Positions 9,901 to 17,592 of a DNA stretch of 64,000 nucleotides are shown piece by piece. Source of the DNA: Ancalomicrobiaceae bacterium (GTDB lineage: Bacteria; Pseudomonadota; Alphaproteobacteria; Rhizobiales; Ancalomicrobiaceae); contig JARLIU010000221.1 in NCBI GenBank assembly GCA_031291595.1, forward strand, positions 12,558-76,557, given 5' to 3'. The notes under the pieces were generated by a model. It was not told the origin of the DNA. It saw only the letters and a program-made list of their open reading frames with translations, and did not search any database. The translations under genes were made by a program, and so were the position numbers. The first letter of the stretch is position 1, and each line of letters begins with the position of its first letter.

Positions 9901-10679
9901 TCTGCCCGTTCGGCATTCTGTGTGTGCGAGTTCTCGGGGCTCCAGTTGCCGTAACCATCGTTCGCCTGGACAACCGTCGTACCGAGCACGAATTCGCCGG
10001 CGCCTGGCAGGAGGCACACCGACCGCAGTGCGTTGCTGAGGTCGTTGGCGTCGGTGACGATGGGCCGACGGATGATCTCGGCTGAGATCTGAGGCATTCG
10101 GCCGCCGAAATCGTCAAGGGTGAGGGTATCAAAGACGAGATAAGCGATGCCGCGATATGCCGGAACGTTGCCGATGCCTTCGACTGATTCGATGAGGCTG
10201 TCGGGCAGCTGCGTTTCAGAGCCGTCATAGAACCGCACGACATGCTTCGACAGGTCGAGCAAGTTGCCATCAGCCCAGATGCGGCCGATCGATGTTCCGT
10301 CGCCGCCTTCACAAAATGCAACGGCCCACGATAGCGTGTAATGCGTCGATGTGGTGCTTGAGCCCCCCGTCAGACCGCCTTTGCCTCCTGAACTCTCGCG
10401 CGTCGTATAGGTGTTGAACTGCGTTGCCCATATCACCTGACCGGCGATGCGCTTGCGGCCCCATACCTTCGGCAGGCCGGCATTTTCGGCAGCGTTGGTG
10501 ATGTAGAGCGTCGACGCCGACGGCGCGCTCTTGCGCGGTGTCAGGGCTGCGATGATCGCCGAATCGACAATCGAGCCGGCGATTGCGCCGGCGGTCGCAA
10601 CCGCGCTCGCCGCCCATCCGGTCAGGCCGATGCTGCCGGCGAGCCAAGAACCGGCGACGCCGAGGACGAGAGTTGCCAT
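6588..10679 (-). CDS. RcGTA g15-type host-specificity / 'megatron' tail protein (GTA TIM-barrel-like + phage-tail_3 type); 3' end aberrant
   Basis: Lies within ORF 6588..10727. The start MATLVLGVAGSWLAGSIG at 10679 overlaps the g14-like stop (ATGA). About 1240 residues of coherent protein text run up to ...QTFSGIGLRPFSVSDVKG (about 6960). The last 123 codons are Arg/Ser-rich text read out of frame across the next gene. Confidence 0.8.
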   Translation of the reverse strand: MATLVLGVAGSWLAGSIGLTGWAASAVATAGAIAGSIVDSAIIAALTPRKSAPSASTLYITNAAENAGLPKVWGRKRIAGQVIWATQFNTYTTRESSGGKGGLTGGSSTTSTHYTLSWAVAFCEGGDGTSIGRIWADGNLLDLSKHVVRFYDGSETQLPDSLIESVEGIGNVPAYRGIAYLVFDTLTLDDFGGRMPQISAEIIRRPIVTDANDLSNALRSVCLLPGAGEFVLGTTVVQANDGYGNWSPENSHTQNAERADILISLDQLAGGDMSVVPAGTTVTHDPGTYGSDFISAAGAISNPSAVSVVVSWFGTDLRAGSCQILPGVTTQTKSTTPYSWSVAGYNRSSAHLVSQVDPSTLDPTGLGGSVSSSGSTVAALGGTPSDQSVTEAIAELKRRGLRVVFYPFVMMDIPPGNALPNPYSANAATTGQSAFPWRGRITCSPAPGYTGTVDKTSAASTQIAAFFASYNAMVTHYASLCAAAGGVDAFIIASEMVGLTSVRASAGDGDYPAVDALKTLAATVKGILGSSCKVGYAADWSEYHSHRPTDGTGDVIFNMDPLWSDSHIDFIGIDNYLPISDWRDGAPNIDFNDTTGPRSIYDKAYLQANIEGGEYFAWYYASSADRAAQTRTPITDGAYSEPWIWRQKDIRSWWATAHHSRPAGVRNAAATGFSPAAKPIWFTEFGCPAVDKGTNQPNVFYDPKSAESSLPYFSGGSKDDAIQRAYLEAMLTYWRDNAPTVSGIKMVDPVNMFAWAWDARPYPDFPGRASVWRDGANYELGHWLTGRAEQVPIKWIVAELCGAASLIDYDTSQLVGVGTLCPGYSTDGVMSPRDMVAGLQDVFMFDAWESGGKIQFASRAFVRTVAIDADSLVLETESDVGYQLTRAQETDLPGALKLAFVDPYRNYSLGEVEYRKTVGNSQNVSTLTSAAVLDQTYAAGIAQSLLQQVWAARETGQLKLPPSLLAVDPGDCLTITLANVARTYRAKTATTGVFRTIEIQGFDPSLLSVGLAPQGRSAIAAAVTLGAPIIEFMDLPVFTGTETSPWSPLVAAYASPWSGVDIYRGTDGSFDYLQSVSAPAVMGELVADFYSGPRSRWDIVNDIYVQFYSSAGLISRSDLAVLNGSNGLAIKNPTSGQWEILQFANAELLATNKYKLSRLLRAQNGTEAGMGSPVPSGSRVVFLSGSSLVPLSMSIDQRGLPQTLRYGPAGYSQTNGAYSQATQTFSGIGLRPFSVSDVKGVRALPATMACISRRSSCSVHLGRFTLAQSTVTSGRVPLPHSPRSMTTMRSSAGSPKCGRAYTRASPSTSRRRGSSSAAGRIGTRTSSPYRRRGLLAASARILIRTQARSRLRARGSPICRRRL

Positions 10680-11125
10680 CAGACGGCCCCGGGGAACGCG
10701 AAAGCCGCCACGATTCGGCGACGCCACCAGCTGCTTAGGCTGACCTCGCGCACCATGTCGCGCAGCTGGGCATGGATCATGCGATCGTCGCCGCTGAGGA
10801 TCGCTGCATGCTTGGCGATCATTCCGGGCGCCAGGCGGAATATGACGACGTCGCCCGGCTGTGCGTCGCCGGCCGGCAGTTCGACGAGGTGTCGACTGGC
10901 CGCCTCAATCATCAACTCGACTGAGCCGGTTTCGCCCCAATCCGGGGTGTAGGGGGGCGGCGTTTCTGGCTCTTTGCCCGTAACCGATGCGTAGACACCG
11001 CGGATCAGCCCCAGGCAGTCGCACCCGGCGCCCTTGACCGCGGCCTGATGGTGATAAGGCGTGCCGATCCATTCGCGGACGACTTTGACGATGTCCGCGC
11101 GGCGAATGACAGTCGCTTCGGTCAT
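10679..11125 (-). CDS. phage cell-wall peptidase, NlpC/P60 family (RcGTA g14-type)
   Basis: Starts at MTEATVIRRADIVKVVREWIGTPYHHQAAVKGAGCDCLGLIRGVY (catalytic Cys context) and continues ...HAAIL...MIHA. It sits between the g13-like and g15-like genes. Confidence 0.85.
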   Translation of the reverse strand: MTEATVIRRADIVKVVREWIGTPYHHQAAVKGAGCDCLGLIRGVYASVTGKEPETPPPYTPDWGETGSVELMIEAASRHLVELPAGDAQPGDVVIFRLAPGMIAKHAAILSGDDRMIHAQLRDMVREVSLSSWWRRRIVAAFAFPGAV

Positions 11126-11127
11126 GA

Positions 11128-12021
11128 TCAGGAGCCAAGCAAGGAACCGCCGCCGTTCCCAACACCCTGAGTGCCGTACCGAGTGACGACGTCGGATGCC
11201 GGGATGTGCGGAAAGCCTCGGAAGTTGAGATGGTTGTTGAATTTCGACTTGCACGCCGTGAAGTTCTTGAGACAGCCGGCGACAACAGTTGCGGTGTCAC
11301 CGGCGGCAATCGCGAACGGCGGCGGCAACCAAAGCTGCAGATAGTCCACGCCCGAGGTGCGCTGATGCACCTTCACTTCGAAGGCTAGACCGTTGTTGGC
11401 GCCGCTCGTGAAGGTGAGCATCCCGTTCGTGAACCAATCGGCGGTATATCCGCTGATGCCGCTCACCGCGATCTGCCGCGCCAGGCCGGACGAAGTCGCA
11501 GTCGCAGTCGCTCGATAGGTCGACGATGTCAGATCGATTCCGCACCTGCTGTCGCCAAGGGCCGCCGAACAGAAGCGCTGGAAGGTCTGGCCGACCTTCT
11601 GGTTGAGGCGGTGCGAGAGCGACCGAAGTTCGGCCGTGAACGCGAGGCCCTCGCGCTTCACCTCGCCAAGAGAGCCTTTCAGGATGGTGATATATTGCGT
11701 CGTGTCGGCCCAATTCACCCAAATCAGTTCGATCGTCGCATCGTCGTAGCGGCCGGCGAGAAGATCGGCTTCCGTGATTGCCGTCGATGAGAGCGCGCCG
11801 GACGCCTCGAGGTGGTCGATCTGGAGGCCGAGCGACTGTTCGATCTGCGATGCCGTGAAGCCAGTAGAGGCGCTGAATGCGGTTCCGGCGATTGTCAGAT
11901 CAGCATCGTGCTCGGTGTAGCCGGAAACCGTGCCGTCTCGGCGCGTCACCTTCCAGCAATATGCCATCGTCGTTGAGCCGGTCGCCAAGTGAGCGGCCAG
12001 CGCGGTCGGAAGCGTCTTCAT
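11128..12021 (-). CDS. RcGTA g13-type tail hub protein (DUF2163 + phage BR0599 family)
   Basis: MKTLPTALAAHLATGSTTMAYCWKVTRRDGTVSGYTEHDADL...CLKNFTACKSKFNNHLNFRGFPHIP is the hallmark text of this family as I know it. The start overlaps the g12-like stop (ATGA). Confidence 0.85.
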   Translation of the reverse strand: MKTLPTALAAHLATGSTTMAYCWKVTRRDGTVSGYTEHDADLTIAGTAFSASTGFTASQIEQSLGLQIDHLEASGALSSTAITEADLLAGRYDDATIELIWVNWADTTQYITILKGSLGEVKREGLAFTAELRSLSHRLNQKVGQTFQRFCSAALGDSRCGIDLTSSTYRATATATSSGLARQIAVSGISGYTADWFTNGMLTFTSGANNGLAFEVKVHQRTSGVDYLQLWLPPPFAIAAGDTATVVAGCLKNFTACKSKFNNHLNFRGFPHIPASDVVTRYGTQGVGNGGGSLLGS

Positions 12022-12647
12022 ACGCGGAGCTCGATAATCGGGATGGATGGGACCTGACCGGCCGAGAAATGCGAGAGATCGAATTCGAGGTAATCCGTAT
12101 CGAACCTGACCGGAACATCGAACTCAAATCCGGCAGTGATGGTGTATCCGGTGCCAGGCGCAATGGAGAACGTCACGATGCCGGTTGTCGTGTCGACCGT
12201 CCAACCTGCCGAATACGCGGATCCGTTGATCCCGATCCGAACAGTATTGGTGACAGGCTTTTTGATAATTCGCGACCACGGGGCGAACGATCGACCGTAT
12301 GTCTTCGTAAGCTGGAATGTCCGCGTTGACGCATCGCCGATACCGATCACTTGATCAAAGGCCGATGGACTCATCGGAGTTGAACAGCTCTTAAAATCAA
12401 GCCGATCTTTCCATCTAAATCCGTACAGTTTTCCTCGACGCTCTTCGAAGAATTCGAGAACAAGCGCCAGCTGATCGATATTCTTGATGCCATATCCGGC
12501 ATTATATTTGCGACGACTGTTTACCCACGTCGAATTTGCCTGCTCATACCCGGAACGCATCGTCACGACGTCTGTCCGCCATTCGGGGCCACCTCGGGCG
12601 CCGAGTGAGACATCCGTCGGAAATCTCACCTCATGGAAAGTCGTCAT
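12018..12647 (-). CDS. RcGTA g12-type distal tail protein (DUF2460 / TIGR02217 family)
   Basis: MTTFHEVRFPTDVSLGARGGPEWRTDVVTMRSGYEQANSTWVNSRRKYNAGYGI...FFEERRGKLYGFRWKD matches the family's conserved N-terminus. The start overlaps the tape-measure stop (ATGA). Confidence 0.85.
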   Translation of the reverse strand: MTTFHEVRFPTDVSLGARGGPEWRTDVVTMRSGYEQANSTWVNSRRKYNAGYGIKNIDQLALVLEFFEERRGKLYGFRWKDRLDFKSCSTPMSPSAFDQVIGIGDASTRTFQLTKTYGRSFAPWSRIIKKPVTNTVRIGINGSAYSAGWTVDTTTGIVTFSIAPGTGYTITAGFEFDVPVRFDTDYLEFDLSHFSAGQVPSIPIIELRV

Positions 12648-14614
12648 CAGGCGCTCCGTGCGCTACGGGCGATCGCACGATTCAGAAAGCCGGTGAGCTG
12701 CTGTTCGGACCTGGCGAAGGACGGCGCGTCCGGAGTGGTCACCTGCAAGGTGGTGTTGTTGATGATGGTCTGTTGCTGACCATTCGCCGGCCGCGCCGCC
12801 GCTTGAGCGTTGCGCACCTGATCATTCGGGATGACGGTCCCGTCTACCGATGGCCTGAACCATTCCTCGCCGTTCTCGCCGACCTTGTAGATTTTCCCGG
12901 CTTGCGTAGAGCCGCCGGCCGCCCGAGGGCCGCCGAACATCGAGAACAGGCCGCCCAGGAGGCCGCCGAGCCCGCCCGTCGAGCTCGCGAGGCCAAAGGC
13001 CTTTCCGAACGCACCTTCACCGGTCAACAGCCCCTTGAGCACGCTGCTTTCCAACGACTGTATGAGGCTTTTCATGACGTCCTGGAATTTGGCGCCCTTG
13101 ACGATCATCTGATCGAAGGCATTGGCGACGGAATCGCCAGCTTCCTTCCACGCATCGCGTATTCCCTCGAGCTGTGTCAGTTGAGCCTTGTTCGCCGTCA
13201 TCTCATTGGCGGCGGCCTTCACGCGCTCGCGGAGACCATCAACAGCTGCTCGCTGCTGATCGGTCATGTTCTTCCAATTGTCCTTGACGGTGATATCGAA
13301 CTTCGCGACTTCGATAGCGCGGTTCTGTTCCTGAGCCGACTTATTGAAGTTCTCGGCTTGAGCCTTGAGCGCGGCATTCTGACGGTCAAGCGACTTGATG
13401 AAGTTCTCGGCGGCGTCGGACTTTGGCTCCGTTTTAGCCTTCGGCGGACTGTAGACGCCGCTCAGATCTCGGCTCTTGGGAGCCGTTTCGCCAAGCGGGT
13501 TTTGCTCTGCGAGCCGGAAGGCGTCATTCATCCGATCAAGCGGAGTCGCCTGCCGATCAGTCGGCGTGCCGGGCTTGGGCGCCGCATGAATCCCGGATGC
13601 AAGCTTCATCTCCCAATAGTTCGCGGTGATACCGGGGCCGACGAGCGGAAGTGCAACAGCGGCGGTAGCCGCGTAGTCGCTGTTGTTCTTCAGGAAGGTG
13701 AAGATGGTATATGCGGCGGCCTTCCCTCTCGTCTCCCAATCCTGCCAGGCCTTGCGCCATTCCTCGTCGAACTTCGCGGCCTCTGCCTGCAGCTTGACGA
13801 TTTCGCGGTCGGTCGCCGTGATCTCGAGGCGGCCGGCGCGCAGCTTCGAGGCGTAGCTTTCGAGCCACGGCACAGCGTCGGCGCCGAGCCCGAGCTTTTT
13901 GGCGAGTTCGATCTTGTCGGCCTCGTTGTTGCCGTCACGGATCGCGACGGCAACATCGTTCAGGACATCCTTGAATTCGCGCGCCTTGCCAGTGGCATCT
14001 TTGAGCGGGATTCCGATCCGCTCGAACATTTTGGCGGTCTCGTTGCCCGCCACCTGCGCTTCGCGAATCTTGAGCGCCAATTCGGAGACGCCCTTGGCGA
14101 CGTCGAAGCCGCCGAGCGTCCGATTGGCGATCTCCTGCATCTTGTTCAGTTCGACGATGCTCTCGCCGGTGAGCTTCGCCGTCCGCTCAAGCTTCTGGTA
14201 GGCTTCGCCCCACGCCAGAATGCCGGCGACGGCCAATGCCGTGCCGCCGACCACTGCGGCGGCGGCAATAAGGCCGGCGCTCGCGATGCCGCCGAAGGCC
14301 GCCGACGCCTTGATGCCTTCGACGGTCAGGATCCGCATGGCGGACTGGCCGGAAATGAACCCGTCGACGGTGTGTCGAAGCGCCCCGCCGAGTACCAGTA
14401 CCTGCGTCGTGTTCAGCTTCATCGCCTTGGCATTGTCGTTCGCCGCGTCCGCGGCGAGCTTCATGCCTTTGGCCATTTGGGTGGCGCCTTCCTGCGCCGC
14501 CATGCCGGTCTTACGAAGTTCATCTTGCGCCGAGCGGACGTTCGCCTTCAGATCCGAGACATCGGCCCTGAAGGTGTAGGTGATGCCGTTTGCGGCGCCG
14601 CCGACATCAGACAT
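12647..14614 (-). CDS. phage tail tape measure protein (655 aa)
   Basis: Long Ala/Lys/Glu-rich helical text with a central hydrophobic block and a Gly-rich stretch GGLGGLLGGLFSMFGGPRAAGG. Position is immediately upstream of the g12-like gene. Confidence 0.8.
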   Translation of the reverse strand: MSDVGGAANGITYTFRADVSDLKANVRSAQDELRKTGMAAQEGATQMAKGMKLAADAANDNAKAMKLNTTQVLVLGGALRHTVDGFISGQSAMRILTVEGIKASAAFGGIASAGLIAAAAVVGGTALAVAGILAWGEAYQKLERTAKLTGESIVELNKMQEIANRTLGGFDVAKGVSELALKIREAQVAGNETAKMFERIGIPLKDATGKAREFKDVLNDVAVAIRDGNNEADKIELAKKLGLGADAVPWLESYASKLRAGRLEITATDREIVKLQAEAAKFDEEWRKAWQDWETRGKAAAYTIFTFLKNNSDYAATAAVALPLVGPGITANYWEMKLASGIHAAPKPGTPTDRQATPLDRMNDAFRLAEQNPLGETAPKSRDLSGVYSPPKAKTEPKSDAAENFIKSLDRQNAALKAQAENFNKSAQEQNRAIEVAKFDITVKDNWKNMTDQQRAAVDGLRERVKAAANEMTANKAQLTQLEGIRDAWKEAGDSVANAFDQMIVKGAKFQDVMKSLIQSLESSVLKGLLTGEGAFGKAFGLASSTGGLGGLLGGLFSMFGGPRAAGGSTQAGKIYKVGENGEEWFRPSVDGTVIPNDQVRNAQAAARPANGQQQTIINNTTLQVTTPDAPSFARSEQQLTGFLNRAIARSARSA

Positions 14615-14804
14615 GCGGGGATACCTCTTTCACCGGGAGCGCGAAGAGCTCGTCGGCCTCGTCCTTCGACGGCGCGCCGCCGCGCGAGCCGCGCTTGACG
14701 CCATTCGCTTCAAGATGCCCGTCCATCGCTGCGAAGAATTCCGGCAGCGTCATCGACCAGAAGGCGGCCGGGGACATCCTGAGATGCCCCAAGCCGATCC
14801 TCAT
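14607..14804 (-). CDS. small tail-assembly protein, RcGTA g10.1 / TIGR02216-like (65 aa)
   Basis: MRIGLGHLRMSPAAFWSMTLPEFFAAMDG resembles the ...P..FW..TP.E... motif of that family. It overlaps the tape-measure start by 8 nt. Nothing phage-like lies upstream of it on this strand. Confidence 0.55.
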   Translation of the reverse strand: MRIGLGHLRMSPAAFWSMTLPEFFAAMDGHLEANGVKRGSRGGAPSKDEADELFALPVKEVSPHV

Positions 14805-14981
14805 CCAGAGGCGCCAGCGCTCGGTAGAGCTAAAGGGCCGTCATCGTCGGATGCCCGGCATCCCTCGAACGCCAGCATCATCCGCTTCGTCGAGATGTAC
14901 GAGGCCGACGACGTCATCGGCCAGCTTGAGGCGGCCGAGCGCGACTATCGCAGCATGAAGCTGCAGGGCGTGGCCTGAGCC

Positions 14982-15176
14982 ATGGCGACGAAATCCGACA
15001 TCACCCGTCAGGAGATCGCCTTCGAACGCCACATGGCGGAGGTCTCCACCCGCTGCGCCAATACGGCGCGCGGCAGCGACCGCCTGACCGAAGAGGTGCG
15101 GTTTCTCGCCGATGAAGCAATCGAATGGGCGGTCATGGCTGCCGTCAACGAAGCTGCGCTCACGCTCGCGGCCTGA
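14982..15176 (+). CDS. hypothetical protein (64 aa), first clear gene of the island's plus-strand operon
   Basis: ORF with globular-looking text MATKSDITRQEIAFERHMAEVSTRCANTARGSDRLTEEVRFLADEAIEW. It is preceded by the junction motif TGAGCCATG. No family recognised. Confidence 0.45.
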   Translation: MATKSDITRQEIAFERHMAEVSTRCANTARGSDRLTEEVRFLADEAIEWAVMAAVNEAALTLAA

Positions 15177-15204
15177 TTTTCACGCCTGATTTTGGGGATG
15201 GTCA

Positions 15205-16302
15205 ATGAACGCTCACGCACAAACCATCGAGGCGCCGGTCACCGCGCTCATCATCGCCGAGCCGGCGAAGGCGTTGACCTCGCGCGAAATCTTCAGCCGG
15301 TTCAAGACTGAACTGGAAAAGGAAGTCGACGCGCACATTCCGGATTTGACGACGGATAAGGGCCGCAAGGCAATCGCCTCGTTGGCCTTCCGCGTCACGA
15401 AGGCGAAGACCGCCATCGACGACGCCGGCAAGAAGCTGACTGAGGACATGCGGAAGCAGGTCGACGTCATCAATGCCGAGCGCAAGTTCATCCGCGATGA
15501 CCTCGAAGCTCTTGCGACGAAGGCGCGCAAACCGCTGACCGATTGGGAAAAGTCAGAAGAGTTGCGGCTTGCTCTGGTTCTCGGGATCAAGACCAAAATC
15601 ACGACACTGGGCATCATTCTCGCCAATGCGACATCGATGTCGATTGCCGCCGCAATCGATGATCTCGACTCAATCAAGATCATGCCCGACGTGTTCCTTG
15701 ACGACGAATGGGCCGTTCGCTCGATGGTTGAGACGTCCCGCGCAAACCTCACCAACGCGCTCGAGCGGATCAAGCGGGATGAGGCCGACCGCGCCGAGTT
15801 GGCCAAACTCCGGGCCGAAGCCGAAGCCCGCGAAATCGCTGAACGCGAACGCATTGCAGCGGAAGCCAAGGCAAAGGCCGACGAAGAGGCCATCGAACTT
15901 CGTCGGGTCGCCGAAGCCAAAGCGAAGGAATTGGCCGAGGAAGCGGAACGCAAGCGCATCGCCGACGCTGCGGAAAAGGCGCGCGTCGAAGCAATTGCGG
16001 AAGAACAGCGCAAGGCGCGGGTCGAGCAGGCCGAACGTGATCGGATCGCCGCCGAAGCCTTGGCGAAAGCCAATGCCGAGAAGGCCGAGCTCGAACGCCA
16101 GATGCGCGAACAGCACGAAAAGGCCGAACGCGAGCGCATCGAGGCTGAGGCCAGGGCCGCCGATATCGAACACCGCGGATCGACCATGCGCGCGGTGAAG
16201 GAAGCCATCATGGCCGTCGGCGAAGTCTCCGAACCGGCAGCGAAGGCGATCGTCAAGGCGATCATCGCCGGTCAGATCCCGAACACCACGATCACTTTTT
16301 GA
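15205..16302 (+). CDS. phage coiled-coil protein, DUF1351-like N-terminus with long Glu/Ala/Lys/Arg-rich helix (365 aa)
   Basis: N-terminal pattern DLTTDKGRKAIASLAFRVTKAKTAIDDAGKKLTEDMRKQVDVINAERKFI resembles DUF1351 phage proteins (from memory, not searched). Residues ~190-320 are low-complexity AEAKAKADEEAIELRRVAEAKAKELAEEAERKR. Confidence 0.7.
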   Translation: MNAHAQTIEAPVTALIIAEPAKALTSREIFSRFKTELEKEVDAHIPDLTTDKGRKAIASLAFRVTKAKTAIDDAGKKLTEDMRKQVDVINAERKFIRDDLEALATKARKPLTDWEKSEELRLALVLGIKTKITTLGIILANATSMSIAAAIDDLDSIKIMPDVFLDDEWAVRSMVETSRANLTNALERIKRDEADRAELAKLRAEAEAREIAERERIAAEAKAKADEEAIELRRVAEAKAKELAEEAERKRIADAAEKARVEAIAEEQRKARVEQAERDRIAAEALAKANAEKAELERQMREQHEKAERERIEAEARAADIEHRGSTMRAVKEAIMAVGEVSEPAAKAIVKAIIAGQIPNTTITF

Positions 16303-16311
16303 GGCCACCCG

Positions 16312-16461
16312 ATGAACGCCATCATGCAAGCCGAGCCGGTTCAGGTCGTCGGCGCGCCTAAGTCAGATCCTGCCGCCCTCTTGAACGCGATCATCGCCGG
16401 AATGCTCATTGGAGCATCGATCTGCGGTCTGATCGTCATCGGCACCGTTTGGCTGAGGTGA
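16312..16461 (+). CDS. small single-pass membrane protein (49 aa)
   Basis: Hand-translated: MNAIMQAEPVQVVGAPKSDPAALLNAIIAGMLIGASICGLIVIGTVWLR*. GAGG lies 8 nt upstream. The stop is part of TGAGCCATG, which leads into the next gene. It is below the ORF-track size cutoff. Confidence 0.5.
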   Translation: MNAIMQAEPVQVVGAPKSDPAALLNAIIAGMLIGASICGLIVIGTVWLR

Positions 16462-16464
16462 GCC

Positions 16465-16689
16465 ATGACCGAAGAACGAAAGCCATTCGGAGAGGCCTTC
16501 TATGATCAGATTCGGCTCACGACTGAGACCGGCGCGAAGTTCAAGGCTCGCCTCCTGAAGCTCGGCAAGCGCGTCGGCTGGACTCACTGCCCGAAGTGCG
16601 GCGGCCGCCTGGAAGCAAGCCTCGTCGGCCCGCGCAATCATCTTCACATGGCCTGCCAGACCGCGAATTGCCTCTGGATGATGGAGTGA
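16465..16689 (+). CDS. small 4-Cys zinc-ribbon-like protein (74 aa)
   Basis: CPKCGG ... CQTANC arrangement. SD GAGGTGA upstream. Stop/start coupled on both sides. Confidence 0.6.
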   Translation: MTEERKPFGEAFYDQIRLTTETGAKFKARLLKLGKRVGWTHCPKCGGRLEASLVGPRNHLHMACQTANCLWMME

Positions 16690-16692
16690 GCC

Positions 16693-16911
16693 GTGACCGA
16701 TCGAAGCCGCGCGTTGCAAATCAAAGACCGCGTCCGAAAGCGGACCGGCTATCGGTTTCCCGGGCGCATCTCGTCGGTCTTTCGGATCCTCGATGAGAAC
16801 GGAGATCCGACCGGGCCTATGCGCGTGGTTGTTCAGTGCACGGCGCCGGACGTGAAGAATTGCCTGCATATCTTCGCGCCCGAGCAGCTCGAACTTGTCG
16901 ATGAGGTGTGA
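16693..16911 (+). CDS. hypothetical protein (72 aa, GTG start)
   Basis: SD GGAGTGA upstream. Coupled junction TGAGCCGTG. No family recognised. Confidence 0.55.
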   Translation: MTDRSRALQIKDRVRKRTGYRFPGRISSVFRILDENGDPTGPMRVVVQCTAPDVKNCLHIFAPEQLELVDEV

Positions 16912-16914
16912 GCT

Positions 16915-17382
16915 ATGGCGCGCTATGCCGAAGGCACCACAGTTCCGGTCGAAAAGACCCGCATCGAGATCGAAGAGACCCTTCGCCGTTTCAGAGCCGA
17001 TGCCTTTGTGTCGGGTTACGAGGGGCGAACTGCCTTCATCATGTTCCGCGCGAAGGGGCGGCAAATCCGCCTCACGCTCGAAATGCCGGATCCGACCGAT
17101 AAGGCATTCAAGTTGACGGAGACCGGGCACGTTCGGACGTCGGGATCTTCCCAAGACGCTTATGAGACCGAATGCCGGCGCCGCTGGCGAGCGCTTGGCC
17201 TGCTCGTCAAGGCCAAGGTTGCGGCGATCGCCGAAGGCATAGTGACGTTCGAGGAAGAGTTCTTGGCCCACGTCGTCTTGCCGGACGGATTGACAGTCGG
17301 CCAAGCGATCAGGGAGCCGCTCGCACTCGCCTATGAACGTGGCGAGATGCCGAAGTTTCTGCCGCCACCGAAAGGGGACTGA
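16915..17382 (+). CDS. conserved prophage protein of unknown function (155 aa)
   Basis: I recognise the text MARYAEGTTVPVEKTRIEIEETLRRFRADAFVSGYEGRTAFIMFRAKGRQIRLTLEMP...FEEEFLAHVVLPDG as a recurrent alphaproteobacterial prophage ORF type. No function is known to me. Confidence 0.7.
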   Translation: MARYAEGTTVPVEKTRIEIEETLRRFRADAFVSGYEGRTAFIMFRAKGRQIRLTLEMPDPTDKAFKLTETGHVRTSGSSQDAYETECRRRWRALGLLVKAKVAAIAEGIVTFEEEFLAHVVLPDGLTVGQAIREPLALAYERGEMPKFLPPPKGD

Positions 17383-17385
17383 GCC

Positions 17386-17592
17386 ATGACGCGTCGCGAG
17401 GCCCGTCGGCTGATCCGGAAATATTGGGCCGCCGTCATCTTTCACGCCGACAGGCCCGATTCGACTCCGGATCCGGCATTCGGGGCTGCATGGGACAAGG
17501 AATGTCGGCGCATTGCCCGGCGGCTCGTTTCGGCGGGTCGCCGCCGAGCGTCGATGGAAGAGATCGACGACATGCGAGGGACGCAGCCGTGA
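17386..17592 (+). CDS. hypothetical protein (68 aa)
   Basis: Coupled junction TGAGCCATG with SD-like AAGGGGA upstream. The stop overlaps the next GTG (GTGA). Confidence 0.5.
   Translation: MTRREARRLIRKYWAAVIFHADRPDSTPDPAFGAAWDKECRRIARRLVSAGRRRASMEEIDDMRGTQP

Noticed and set aside
12536-14698. 720-aa plus-strand ORF covering the tape-measure region
   Set aside because: It is antisense to a coherent tape-measure gene. Its text is Arg/Gly/Leu-rich with no domain-like segments, which is typical of a shadow ORF in high-GC DNA.
15213-16329. Three additional long ORFs (15213..16265 -, 15569..16198 +, 15670..16329 -) inside the coiled-coil gene
   Set aside because: The GAA/GCC/AAG-rich repetitive coding sequence keeps several frames open. 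Only the 15205..16302 frame has a structured N-terminal domain and an SD.
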